Made by a program: the position numbers and the translations under genes. The notes under the pieces were generated by a model. It was not told the DNA's origin. It was given only the letters and a program-made list of their open reading frames with translations, and did no database searches. 37,191 nucleotides of DNA from Faecousia sp. (lineage in GTDB: Bacteria > Bacillota > Clostridia > Oscillospirales > Oscillospiraceae). The stretch is taken from assembly GCA_045601865.1 (NCBI GenBank), contig JAZSAK010000029.1:1-37191 (forward strand). The letters are read 5' to 3'. The first letter of the stretch is position 1. The number at the start of each line of letters is the position of its first letter. Positions 27,601 to 36,399 of this stretch are shown piece by piece.

Positions 27601-27617
27601 TGTTTTAACTCTAACAT
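24606..27617 (-). CDS. MacB/FtsX-type ABC transporter, fused ATPase and permease with a large extracellular domain
   Basis: GPSGCGKT, MSGGQMQRVAIARAL, ADEPTGALD, VTH, TM1, an ECD of about 570 aa, SVQERTKEIGILRAIGA and the C-terminus AAKKDPVVALRTE. Confidence 0.92.
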   Translation of the reverse strand: MLELKHIVKNYPAGNGHVNALKGIDLQFRKSEFVSILGPSGCGKTTMLNIIGGLDQYTSGDLIINGRSTKDFKDRDWDTYRNHSIGFVFQSYNLIPHQTVLQNVELALTLSGVSKKERRARAKKALQDVGLSDQLSKKPSEMSGGQMQRVAIARALVNNPDIILADEPTGALDTETSVQVMEILKEISKDKLIIMVTHNPSLAETYSTRIIRMLDGVITSDSQPLSEAEVKAAAHPMPTEQNKKTKKPSMSLATAFMLSFKNLFSKKGRTMLTSFAGSIGIIGIALIFAVSQGMTTYITVVQEEALSSYPITIESQTMDITALMSAFMSAAASDSQHELDAVYKKSALYDMINALNDMDMQENDLKAFKAYLAQQMANKESSMLYPAVSGIQYSYDLPLLVYTKNIDGNIIASDTTELMRGIIGEFMGMDMSAMLGATQGNGVMSSMMSSSMSMQQSMMKLWQEMLPGKDGAPISDVLQKQYDVVYGSWPNSYNEVVLVLDEHNELDDMTLYALGLLSEEAIDKIMSAAVDGTTLESTEKKWTYEEICDLEYRLILNSSCYVYDEATGLYNDLRKTDTGIRYLYDNGLSLKVSGIIRPSKDATSTMINGSIAYTSALTEYVITESQKSAAIQAQRDNPSVDIITGLPFSENTGNLTVAEKAAELRAYLTGLSENEKADAYIRIKSIPSAEMLEQSIAQALNGMTREQMNANLIAGLSEQMRIDIEELTTYVEAMSDEEITDIFEEILSNQIKTQYAQQVAEQMSTIPPAQLAGMLSVELPTYTDEQCATYYDEIMEFSEASLESNLLTLGYVDLDEPSSINIFASSFANKDVIEDVIAQYNEGKDELEKIKYTDYIGIMLSSITTIINAITYVLIAFVAISLVVSSIMIGVITLISVQERTKEIGILRAIGASKKNVSSMFTAETVIIGFTSGLLGILVTYLLCIPINAIINHLTGIANLKAILPIPVAVILVAISVVLTLISGLIPSRSAAKKDPVVALRTE

Positions 27618-27784
27618 AAATAAAAAATCCTTCCTTGATGATGATTTATAGAAGTATTATAACACAGATTTTTCCATAAAATATCAACAAACTATCAACA
27701 ATTTTTAAAATAGGGTTAAAAATAGTTGATTTATATGTGATAGTATGTTAATGTTGTTAATAATTTAAAGCATATATGGATATA

Positions 27785-27870
27785 ATAAGGGAGTAGTCAA
27801 CACCGTTAGGCGTGGTTTAGTCAACAGCATGGATGGAATTCCTGGCTAAATCTGAAATGACGAGACTTAT
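27785..27870 (+). ncRNA. yybP-ykoY (Mn2+-sensing) riboswitch
   Basis: P1 ATAAG/CTTAT with the L1 GGAGTA...GAGA motif; GTCA/TGAC helix; P3 GGTTTAGTC/GGCTAAATC; upstream of a P-type ATPase, a known context for this family. Confidence 0.85.
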
Positions 27871-27900
27871 CTGCGCTAAGCGGATAGGTCTCGATTTTTT
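27861..27900 (+). terminator. Riboswitch-controlled terminator (ON-switch architecture)
   Basis: CGAGACTTATCTGC/GCGGATAGGTCTCG followed by ATTTTTT; its 5' arm is the 3' strand of aptamer P1. Confidence 0.85.
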
Positions 27901-27933
27901 ATAGTATCATTATTATTTGTGGAGGAATCGTAA

Positions 27934-30549
27934 ATGTTCGCACATGACAAACCAAAGCAGGTGATTTTGCAAGAGCTGTCTGTAAATTTGGATACTGGTT
28001 TGACGCAGGCTGAGGTATCTGCACTGCAAGAAAAATATGGCGCTAATAAGCTTCGCGAAAAGAAAAAAAAGACGAATTTGCAGCGCTTTTTTGACCAGTT
28101 CAAAGACGCAATGATTCTTATTCTGATTGCGGCAGCAGTGATTTCTTTTGTAATTGCTTGTGTGGAAGCAAATCCTAAGGAATTTTTTGAGCCTTTGTTG
28201 ATTATGCTGATTGTTATCTTAAATGCAGTTATGGGCGTCATGCAAGAGAGTAAAGCGGAAAAAGCTCTGGATGCGCTGAAGAATATGTCTGCGCCCCATG
28301 CAAGGGTCATTCGCGATGGAAAAGAAATTATAATTGGTGCAGACCAATTGGTACCCGGTGATATCATTCGGTTGGAAGCCGGTGATTTTGTACCCGCGGA
28401 CGCCAGACTGCTTCACAGTGTCAGCCTGAAATCTGAGGAATCTGCCCTAACCGGTGAGTCTGTTCCCAGCGAAAAGGACGCGGATGTTGTGGTGGATGCC
28501 AATGCCCCCATTGGTGACCGAACCAATATGGTATTTTCCGGCTGCTCTATTACCTACGGTACAGCAACTGCTGTAGTGACCGCCACCGGTATGGATACGG
28601 AGATGGGCAGAATCGCCAATCTGCTGGATGAAGAACAGGACGGACAGACACCTTTGCAGGCAAAATTGGCGCAGTTGGGCAAGTATTTGGGCATTGTGGC
28701 ATTGGTTGCGTGTGGCATCATTTTTGTTGTGGGACTTGCCAATGACATTCCGGCTATGGAAATCTTTATGACGGCAGTTTCACTGGCAGTTTCTGCGATT
28801 CCGGAGGGCTTGCCGGCCATTGTTACCATCGTTTTGTCCATCGGTGTGCAAAGAATGGTTAAGAAAAATGCCTTGATTCGCCGGTTGCCTGCGGTGGAAA
28901 CCTTGGGTAGTGCATCGGTTATTTGCTCCGATAAAACCGGCACACTGACACAAAACCGTATGACCCTGGTAAAAGCTTATGTTGATGGCGGCGAGATTGA
29001 GGACATTTCTGCGGAAAACACTGAAGCGGTTAAAATGCTTCTCAATTTTGGTACGCTGTGCTCCGACGGTTCTGTAATATTGGATGGTTCCCAGGAGCAG
29101 CATATAGGTGATCCAACGGAAACAGCAATTGTCTTGGCAGCCCATAAGAACGGAAATCCCAAGGATGTACTGAACAAGCAGTATCCCCGTCTGGCGGAAA
29201 TTCCTTTCGATTCTGACCGAAAGCTGATGAGTACGGTCAATCTTATGAATGGCAAGAATATTGTGATTGTCAAAGGTGCATTTGACATGATGGCAAGCCG
29301 TTGTATTGCCGGAGATTTGGAAACGGCAAAACGGTTGACGGAGGAAATGAGTGCCGATGCGCTGCGTGTGTTGGCAATTGCTTATAAAGAAATTGATACT
29401 GTACCTGAAAAGCCAACCTCTGAGGAGTTGGAAAACGGTCTGACATTCCTGGGCTTAGTGGGTATGATTGACCCACCGCGTCCGGAAGCAAAGGCTGCGG
29501 TTGCTGTTTGCCGAAAGGCGGGGATAAAGCCGGTTATGATTACCGGTGACCATGTAGTTACGGCCTCTGCCATTGCCCGTGAGCTTGGCATTTTGCTGGA
29601 TGGCGACCGCGCAATCACCGGCGCAGAGCTTGATTTAATGACAGATCGGGAATTGGATGAGCAGGTAGAGGGCATATCTGTTTATGCCCGTGTATCACCT
29701 GAGAATAAAATTCGTATCGTTAAGGCGTGGCAACGCAGAGGGCAGGTTGTTTCTATGACCGGTGATGGTGTTAATGATGCACCTGCATTGAAGGCTGCTG
29801 ATATCGGTTGTGCCATGGGCATTACAGGCACAGATGTCGCAAAGGGTGCTGCGGATATGACGCTGACAGATGATAATTTTGCTACCATTGTGGACGCTGT
29901 TCGAGAAGGCCGCGGCATCTATGCCAACATAAAGAAAGTGGTAGGTTTTCTGTTAGGCACAAATATCGGTGAAGTAATTACTGTGTTTTTTGCTATGCTG
30001 CTGTGGCACAAAACACCGCTGCTGTCTATGCAGCTGCTAATGATTAACCTTGTAACAGACTCTTTGCCTGCCATTGCATTGGGCATGGAGGCTGTGGAAA
30101 AGGATGTCATGGATCGCAAGCCAAAGCCCAAGAATGAGGGCATCTTTGCTAATGGTTTGGGCATTCGGGTGGTTCTGCAGGGCTTTATGTTTGCTGCTTT
30201 AACTTTGATTGGTTTCAAGCTTGGTGAAAATACTGTAGGAACACTGGAAGGCGGACAGACAATGGCGTGTATGATTTTAGCGTTGTCTCAGGTTGTTCAG
30301 GCGTATAACATGCGTAGCGACCATTCGCTGTTTAAAATTGGTGCGTTTACCAACAGGACGCTGAATAAGGCTGCACTTACCTCGACTGCCCTTGTGGCGT
30401 TGGTTATGTTTACGCCGGTTAGCTCGATTTTTGGTTTGGTGGCATTGCCGAGCAATCTGTATTTAATTGGTCTTGGCCTTGTTTTGGTGCCCTTTGTTGT
30501 AATGGAGCTTTCCAAGGCAATTGGACTGGTGAAGCATCGTTATGAATAA
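27934..30549 (+). CDS. P-type ATPase, P2A subfamily (Ca2+/Mn2+ exporter; YoaB/LMCA1-like)
   Basis: TGES, IPEGL, DKTGT, FDSDRK, KGA, DPPR, TGDGVND and M6 QLL.INLVTD. Confidence 0.93.
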   Translation: MFAHDKPKQVILQELSVNLDTGLTQAEVSALQEKYGANKLREKKKKTNLQRFFDQFKDAMILILIAAAVISFVIACVEANPKEFFEPLLIMLIVILNAVMGVMQESKAEKALDALKNMSAPHARVIRDGKEIIIGADQLVPGDIIRLEAGDFVPADARLLHSVSLKSEESALTGESVPSEKDADVVVDANAPIGDRTNMVFSGCSITYGTATAVVTATGMDTEMGRIANLLDEEQDGQTPLQAKLAQLGKYLGIVALVACGIIFVVGLANDIPAMEIFMTAVSLAVSAIPEGLPAIVTIVLSIGVQRMVKKNALIRRLPAVETLGSASVICSDKTGTLTQNRMTLVKAYVDGGEIEDISAENTEAVKMLLNFGTLCSDGSVILDGSQEQHIGDPTETAIVLAAHKNGNPKDVLNKQYPRLAEIPFDSDRKLMSTVNLMNGKNIVIVKGAFDMMASRCIAGDLETAKRLTEEMSADALRVLAIAYKEIDTVPEKPTSEELENGLTFLGLVGMIDPPRPEAKAAVAVCRKAGIKPVMITGDHVVTASAIARELGILLDGDRAITGAELDLMTDRELDEQVEGISVYARVSPENKIRIVKAWQRRGQVVSMTGDGVNDAPALKAADIGCAMGITGTDVAKGAADMTLTDDNFATIVDAVREGRGIYANIKKVVGFLLGTNIGEVITVFFAMLLWHKTPLLSMQLLMINLVTDSLPAIALGMEAVEKDVMDRKPKPKNEGIFANGLGIRVVLQGFMFAALTLIGFKLGENTVGTLEGGQTMACMILALSQVVQAYNMRSDHSLFKIGAFTNRTLNKAALTSTALVALVMFTPVSSIFGLVALPSNLYLIGLGLVLVPFVVMELSKAIGLVKHRYE

Positions 30550-30561
30550 AATCCCATAAAT

Positions 30562-30595
30562 AATGGCTGCCCATTCGGTTGGGCAGCCATTTTAT
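30562..30595 (+). terminator. Intrinsic terminator
   Basis: Stem AATGGCTGCCCA/TGGGCAGCCATT followed by TTAT. Confidence 0.85.
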
Positions 30596-30747
30596 GCTTG
30601 TGGATTTCGTTTCCTTGCAGAACGAATGGCAATATTCTGACGAGGGGAAAGGGGAGTCTGCTGATAAGTGGATAAAAGGTCAAATCCTATGTGAAGCTCT
30701 TTGAATTCCCCAATTGCAGAAATTACAATGGAAAAGTAAGGTCATAC

Positions 30748-30776
30748 TTGCATTTTTTTGTAAGTTTCGGTATAAT
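30748..30776 (+). promoter_or_regulatory. sigmaA promoter of the smc operon
   Basis: TTGCAT, 17 bp, TATAAT. Confidence 0.7.
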
Positions 30777-30818
30777 AAATTGATTTGTTATAACTAATTC
30801 TTGTAAAGAGGTATTGCT

Positions 30819-33800
30819 GTGTATTTAAAAAGCTTGGAAGTGCAGGGGTTTAAGTCCTTTCCGGATAAAACGCTAATCCGGTTTGGTGGAGACATTACTG
30901 CGATTGTTGGACCAAACGGTTCTGGAAAATCGAATATCTCTGACGCAATTGTATGGGTTATGGGCGAGCAAAGCACAAAAACCCTGCGCGGCGCAAAAAT
31001 GGAAGACGTGATTTTTGGCGGCACGCAAAAACGCAGCGCAGTTGGCTTTGCGGAGGCAACATTGACGTTGGACAATTCTGACAGAGCGTTGCCCTATGAT
31101 GCAGACGAAGTGATGGTTACGCGTCGGTATTATCGCAGTGGTGACAGTGAGTATTATATCAATCGCCAGTCTGCCCGCTTGCGGGATATCCATGAGATGT
31201 TCATGGACACCGGCCTAGGCAGAGAAGGCTATTCCAACATTGGGCAGGGTAGAATTGACGAGATTCTGTCCCTAAAAAGTGCGGACCGCCGAGAAATCTT
31301 TGAAGAAGCAGCCGGCATTTCTAAGTATCGGCATCGCAAAGAGGAATCGGAGCGCAAGTTAGCACATACAGAGGATAATTTACTGCGTATCGGCGACAAG
31401 GTTTCAGAGCTGGAATTGCAGCTGGAGCCTTTGCGGATTCAGTCGGAAAAGGCGAGAAAGTATCTGGAGCTGAAGGATGAACTTCAGGGCGTTGAAGTGG
31501 CTGTCTGGTTGGATACTCTGGACAAGCTGTCTGCCGCAGCCAAGAAAGCGGAGGAGGACTATACATCTGCATCTTTTGTGCTGCAACAGGCCCATGAGGA
31601 CTTGGAAAAATTATATAACCAGGCGGAGTCTTTGTCAGATGCGTTACGCAATCAGGATGGTGAGCTGGAAACCGTTCGGCTGCGTGTGAATATGTTGGAT
31701 GCCACCCATCAGCAGATGGATGGTCAGCTGGCGGTGCTGCGTGGCAATATTGAAAATAATAATGCTAATATTGCGCGCATATCGGATGAATTGAAGGGTG
31801 AGGATGACCGCAGTGGCGGTGTCAATGCCCAAATTTTGCAAGCCCAAAATCGGATTGCAGAAATTACCGATATGCTGAATCTAAAAAACAGGGAATTGGA
31901 TTCCCTGCAGCAACAGCTTGCGGTAATGACAGCCAATGCCCAAGGTCTGACCAAGCAATATTTAGAGCTTCGCACCAAGGAGTCCAATTTGTCGGCAGAC
32001 ATTGCCGGTGGCGAGGCGGATATCCGTGGCGTGGAGCAGAGCCGTGAGCAGACTGTGCTACGCATAGAACAACTGCAAACAGATTTGGATTCCGGTGCAG
32101 CGCGGCAGGAAACAGCGCAGGCAGAGTTGGATGCTTGCCGCAAGGAGCTGCGCAAAGCCCAAGAGGAAGTTACTGCTGCCAACAATACGATTTCTGGCTA
32201 TACTTTACGTCAACAAACCCGTGCCAAGCATCGGGATGCGTTGGCGGAGCAGTTGCGTGATTTGACCGCAAAACTGGATTCCGTAACCGCAAAGGCCAAG
32301 GTGTTCCGCGCTATGGAACGGGATTTTGAGAGCTATCATAAATCTGTGCGTGTTGTTATGCAGGAAGCCCAGCGGGGCGCTTTGCGCAATATCCACGGGC
32401 CGATTTCCAGATTGATCCGTACCGATGACCAATTTGCAGTCGCTGTGGAGATTGCTTTAGGCGCTGCTGTGCAACAGATTGTTGTGGATACAGAAGCGGA
32501 TGCAAAAGCGGCTATTTCCTATTTGAAGCGCACCGGCAATGGACGTGCTACCTTCTTGCCCATTGCCACCATGCAGGGAAATCCGTTGCAGGAGAGCGGC
32601 TTGGAAAATTGCCGTGGTTTTTTGGGACTGGCTTCGGAATTGGTACAGTCAGATAAGGCATATCAGGGTATTGTTAAATACTTATTAGGCAGAACGGTGA
32701 TTGTGCGGGATGTTGATGCTGCCATTGCTATGGCCAATAAGTACCATAATCGCTTTAAGATTGTCACCTTGGACGGTCAGGTTATGAATGCCGGCGGTTC
32801 TATGACCGGTGGTTCTGTCAATAAAGAAGCCAATATGCTCTCCCGTGCCAATGAGCTTGAAAAGCTGACACAGCAGGAAAAACAGTTGCAGGAGAAAAAA
32901 CAGCAGTTGGATGAGGAGCTGACAGAAGCCCAGCGTCTATGTGACCAAGTGGAATTCCAGATGACTACTGCAAAAGAGCAGCTGCGTCGTGCTGAGGATG
33001 ATTGCCTGCGGCAAGAGGGGCTTGAGAAACAGCATGAGATTTCACTGCAAGCCATTGTGGATGCAATGCATGCAGCGCAAAAGGAAATGGATTCGCTGAA
33101 AATGCGGGATGCAGCCGATCGAGAGCGCAGCGCGGCGGTGCAGGCAAAGCTGCAGATTTTTGCCGCACAGCTTACCGAGACCCGTTTGGCATTGGAATCC
33201 TTGGAGGGCAATCAGAATGAAACAGCGGAGGCAACCTCTCAGCTGACGGATAGCATGACAGCCCTGAAAACCGATGCCGCCGCGTTAGAGGCAGAGCGAA
33301 ATACTGCCCATGCCCACATTGCAGACCTTAATGGCTTGCGTGCGGCTATGGCGGGAGACCGGGAGAATAAGCTGGCGTTGCTGGAAACAATTCGTTTGGA
33401 CAACCGCCGTCTTGAGGCAGAGATAGTCGCATTACAGACACGACAGGCAGATAATGCAACGCAAACCGAGGTGCAAAAGCAAGCGCTTTCGGCTGCGCTG
33501 GCAAAGCGTGCAGATACGGAGGCTTCCAAGACACGCTGCGAACGGGAAAGCCAAGAAAAGAGCAAGGATATCCTTAACATGGAGCGCGCTTGTGCGCTGT
33601 TGGAGCAGAAAAAGGTTACTTCCTCTATGGAGGAAAAGCAGATTGTGGACAAGCTGTGGGATTCTTATGGCTTGACCCCAGGTACAGCGCCGGAGCATCG
33701 CGGTGAAATTGAGTCCGTTGCGGCAGGAAACCGCCGCATCAGTGAGCTGAAACGGAAAATTTCCATGCTGGGAACACCTAACCTAGGCGCCATTGAGGAA

Positions 33801-34391
33801 TATGCCCGTGTTAACGAGCGGTATGCCTACCTGGCTGAGCAACGGGATGATGTACTGAACTCTAAAAAGGAATTGGAGTCGATTATTCGGGATATCACAA
33901 AAGAAATGACGACAATTTTTGTGGAGGAGTTCAAAAAGATCAACGATTACTTCGGCCAAACCTTTGAAGAGATGTTCGGCGGTGGTAAGGGTCAGCTGGT
34001 CTTGGAGGACCCCGAGGAGCCCCTGACCTGCGGCATTGAAATTCGCGTTCAGCCCCCCGGAAAACAGCTGAAAACCATTACGCTTCTTTCCGGCGGCGAA
34101 AAAGCGTTTGTGGCAACGGCTCTGTACTTTGCCATATTGAAGGTGCGACCCACGCCGTTCTGTATTTTGGATGAAATTGATGCGGCATTGGATGACCGAA
34201 ATGTGGAGCGCTTTGCTTCTTACCTGCATAATTTGAGCAAGAAAACCCAGTTTATTGTGATTACCCACCGCCGTGGCACAATGGAGAATTCTGATGTGCT
34301 ATATGGTGTGACCATGCAGGAGCAGGGCGTTAGTAAGCTTCTTCGTCTGGATCTGAATCAGATGGAGGAGTATTTGGGTATCATGGAATAA
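30819..34391 (+). CDS. smc: Chromosome segregation protein SMC
   Basis: GFKSF, GPNGSGKSN, long coiled coils, hinge GRATFLP, LSGGEK and LDEIDAALD. Confidence 0.97.
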   Translation: MYLKSLEVQGFKSFPDKTLIRFGGDITAIVGPNGSGKSNISDAIVWVMGEQSTKTLRGAKMEDVIFGGTQKRSAVGFAEATLTLDNSDRALPYDADEVMVTRRYYRSGDSEYYINRQSARLRDIHEMFMDTGLGREGYSNIGQGRIDEILSLKSADRREIFEEAAGISKYRHRKEESERKLAHTEDNLLRIGDKVSELELQLEPLRIQSEKARKYLELKDELQGVEVAVWLDTLDKLSAAAKKAEEDYTSASFVLQQAHEDLEKLYNQAESLSDALRNQDGELETVRLRVNMLDATHQQMDGQLAVLRGNIENNNANIARISDELKGEDDRSGGVNAQILQAQNRIAEITDMLNLKNRELDSLQQQLAVMTANAQGLTKQYLELRTKESNLSADIAGGEADIRGVEQSREQTVLRIEQLQTDLDSGAARQETAQAELDACRKELRKAQEEVTAANNTISGYTLRQQTRAKHRDALAEQLRDLTAKLDSVTAKAKVFRAMERDFESYHKSVRVVMQEAQRGALRNIHGPISRLIRTDDQFAVAVEIALGAAVQQIVVDTEADAKAAISYLKRTGNGRATFLPIATMQGNPLQESGLENCRGFLGLASELVQSDKAYQGIVKYLLGRTVIVRDVDAAIAMANKYHNRFKIVTLDGQVMNAGGSMTGGSVNKEANMLSRANELEKLTQQEKQLQEKKQQLDEELTEAQRLCDQVEFQMTTAKEQLRRAEDDCLRQEGLEKQHEISLQAIVDAMHAAQKEMDSLKMRDAADRERSAAVQAKLQIFAAQLTETRLALESLEGNQNETAEATSQLTDSMTALKTDAAALEAERNTAHAHIADLNGLRAAMAGDRENKLALLETIRLDNRRLEAEIVALQTRQADNATQTEVQKQALSAALAKRADTEASKTRCERESQEKSKDILNMERACALLEQKKVTSSMEEKQIVDKLWDSYGLTPGTAPEHRGEIESVAAGNRRISELKRKISMLGTPNLGAIEEYARVNERYAYLAEQRDDVLNSKKELESIIRDITKEMTTIFVEEFKKINDYFGQTFEEMFGGGKGQLVLEDPEEPLTCGIEIRVQPPGKQLKTITLLSGGEKAFVATALYFAILKVRPTPFCILDEIDAALDDRNVERFASYLHNLSKKTQFIVITHRRGTMENSDVLYGVTMQEQGVSKLLRLDLNQMEEYLGIME

Positions 34392-34404
34392 GGAGTTTTA
34401 TAGC

Positions 34405-35307
34405 ATGGGCTTTTTTGAAAAAATCAAAGTTGGACTGACAAAAACGCGTAACGCAATGGCATCGACCTTGGATAATGTGTTTCGGTTTAGCGAGCTTGAC
34501 GATGATTTTTATGAGGAATTGGAGGAAAGCCTGATTCTTGCGGACATGGGCGTAGATACGGCGGTGAAGGCAACCGAGCTTTTACGCAGGAATATTAAGG
34601 AAAACCACTTGAAAACCCCAGAGGAGGCAAAAACTGCCCTGAAAGAGATTTTGGTGCAGATGCTTCAGGTTGGAGATACAGAGTTAAAGTTGGATACCAC
34701 GCCGTCTGTGGTGCTGGTGATTGGCGTCAATGGCGTTGGAAAAACCACCACCATTGGCAAAATTGCCACCCAACTGTTGGGACAGGGGAAGAAAGTGCTG
34801 TTGGTAGCAGGTGATACTTTCCGTGCGGCAGCGGCAGACCAGCTGGAAGTTTGGGCTGGGCGCAGCGGCGCGGAGATTGTGCGCCAGCATGAAGGCGCTG
34901 ACCCTGCCAGCGTGGTGTATGATGGGATTCAAGCGGCAAAGGCAAGAAAATCGGATGTGATTCTGGTAGATACCGCAGGCCGACTGCATAATAAACAGAA
35001 TTTAATGAATGAGCTAAACAAAATCAGCCGCATTATCCAGCGGGAATTGCCCGGTGCATCTCGGGAAGTCCTACTGGTGCTGGACGGCACAACCGGACAG
35101 AATGGTCTGGTGCAGGCAAAGCAGTTTAAAGAAATTGCAGGGGTGACAGCCGTTGCTCTAACAAAGCTGGATGGCACGGCCAAGGGTGGTATTGTTATCG
35201 CTGTGGCGGATGTCTTGCAGATCCCTGTGAAGTTTATCGGCGTAGGGGAGCAGGCGGAGGATTTAATGCCCTTTGTGGCACAGGATTTTGTTGACGCGCT
35301 TTTGTGA
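34405..35307 (+). CDS. ftsY: SRP receptor FtsY
   Basis: GVNGVGKTTT, DTFRAAA, DTAGR, TKLDGTAKGG and GVGE; follows smc. Confidence 0.97.
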   Translation: MGFFEKIKVGLTKTRNAMASTLDNVFRFSELDDDFYEELEESLILADMGVDTAVKATELLRRNIKENHLKTPEEAKTALKEILVQMLQVGDTELKLDTTPSVVLVIGVNGVGKTTTIGKIATQLLGQGKKVLLVAGDTFRAAAADQLEVWAGRSGAEIVRQHEGADPASVVYDGIQAAKARKSDVILVDTAGRLHNKQNLMNELNKISRIIQRELPGASREVLLVLDGTTGQNGLVQAKQFKEIAGVTAVALTKLDGTAKGGIVIAVADVLQIPVKFIGVGEQAEDLMPFVAQDFVDALL

Positions 35308-35317
35308 GGAATAGAGA

Positions 35318-35923
35318 ATGAAAGTTGTATTGGCAAGCAAAAATAAGCACAAGCTGGTGGAAATCAGTAAAATTACAGAAAAATTCGGTATTGATTTGGT
35401 GCTCCAGTCTGAATTGGGCGTGGACATTGATGTAGAGGAAACCGGAACTACCTTTGAGGAAAATTCCTTTATTAAGGCAGAAGCGGTTATGAAGGCAACG
35501 GGCATGCCCGCTTTGGCAGATGACAGCGGAATTGCTGTGGATGCATTAAATGGCGAGCCGGGCATTTACTCTGCACGCTATGGCTTTGATGACAGCTTGG
35601 ATGATTGGGGCAGACTGCAACTGCTGCTGAAAAACATGGAAAATGTCCCAGATGGGCAGCGTCAGGCAAAGTTTGTCTGCGTAATAACCATGGTAACCCC
35701 TGAGGGGCAAACCATTCAGGCCCGCGGGGAGATTCACGGAGAATTGCTCAGGGAGCCTCGGGGGGAAAACGGTTTCGGTTATGACCCTATTTTCTATTAT
35801 CCGCCTATGGGCATGTCCACCGCCCAAATGCCTGCGGAGGATAAGAATCAGGTATCCCATCGGGCAATGGCATTAAAAGTATTTTATGAGAAACTAAAGG
35901 AGGCAGGCTATGCTGACAAGTAA
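35318..35923 (+). CDS. rdgB: Non-canonical purine NTP pyrophosphatase (RdgB/HAM1)
   Basis: AS.N.HK, EETG.TF.EN, ADDSG, PGIYSARY, GFGYDPIF and SHR. Confidence 0.95.
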   Translation: MKVVLASKNKHKLVEISKITEKFGIDLVLQSELGVDIDVEETGTTFEENSFIKAEAVMKATGMPALADDSGIAVDALNGEPGIYSARYGFDDSLDDWGRLQLLLKNMENVPDGQRQAKFVCVITMVTPEGQTIQARGEIHGELLREPRGENGFGYDPIFYYPPMGMSTAQMPAEDKNQVSHRAMALKVFYEKLKEAGYADK

Positions 35924-36380
35924 GGAAAGAGCAGAGCTTCGTGCCCAAGCCAATACCATTGAAACCACCTTGATTGTGGGTAAAAGCGGTGTTACCGAGT
36001 CAGTTGTTGCCGAGGCAGAAAACCTGCTGACCGCAAGAGAATTGGTCAAGGGTAAAGTCTTAGAGGGTGCATTTATGACACCTCGTGAAGTGTGTGACGC
36101 TCTTTGTGAAGCCACCGGCGCTGATGGTGTGGCTGTAATTGGCACAAAGTTTGTGATTTACCGATTTAGCGAAAAGTGTCAGGCTCAGCGCAATGAAAGC
36201 GGTCGTGCCAAGCGCAAGGCAATCCCAAAATCCAAGGCAGACCCTGTGGGTAAGGGTATGCGGGCGCGGAAAGCAGCCGCCCGTAAGGTTCGTGAGCAGC
36301 GCAATGCGTATTTCCGCCAGCAGGCGATTGAGCGTTCTATCGAAAAATCCAGAGAGAAACAGCTTCGCGGAGAAGATTAA
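35910..36380 (+). CDS. yhbY: YhbY/CRM-domain RNA-binding protein with a basic C-terminal extension
   Basis: LTSKERA.LR..A, VGK.G, ELVK and IG...VIYR; typical position before nadD. Confidence 0.88.
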   Translation: MLTSKERAELRAQANTIETTLIVGKSGVTESVVAEAENLLTARELVKGKVLEGAFMTPREVCDALCEATGADGVAVIGTKFVIYRFSEKCQAQRNESGRAKRKAIPKSKADPVGKGMRARKAAARKVREQRNAYFRQQAIERSIEKSREKQLRGED

Positions 36381-36399
36381 AAAGTATAGGAGGTAGGGC

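Noticed and set aside
24421-27617. tRNA-Leu(CAG) or tRNA-Ala(CGC) as integration sites of an island
   Set aside because: No integrase is present, I noticed no duplicated tRNA 3' end, and there is no evident compositional shift in flanking genes.
30637-30722. CTGACGA(GG) resembling a hammerhead core or the glmS ribozyme GACGAGG
   Set aside because: There is no GAAA directly after the candidate stem II, no closing stems I/III, and no AGCGCC cleavage-site motif.
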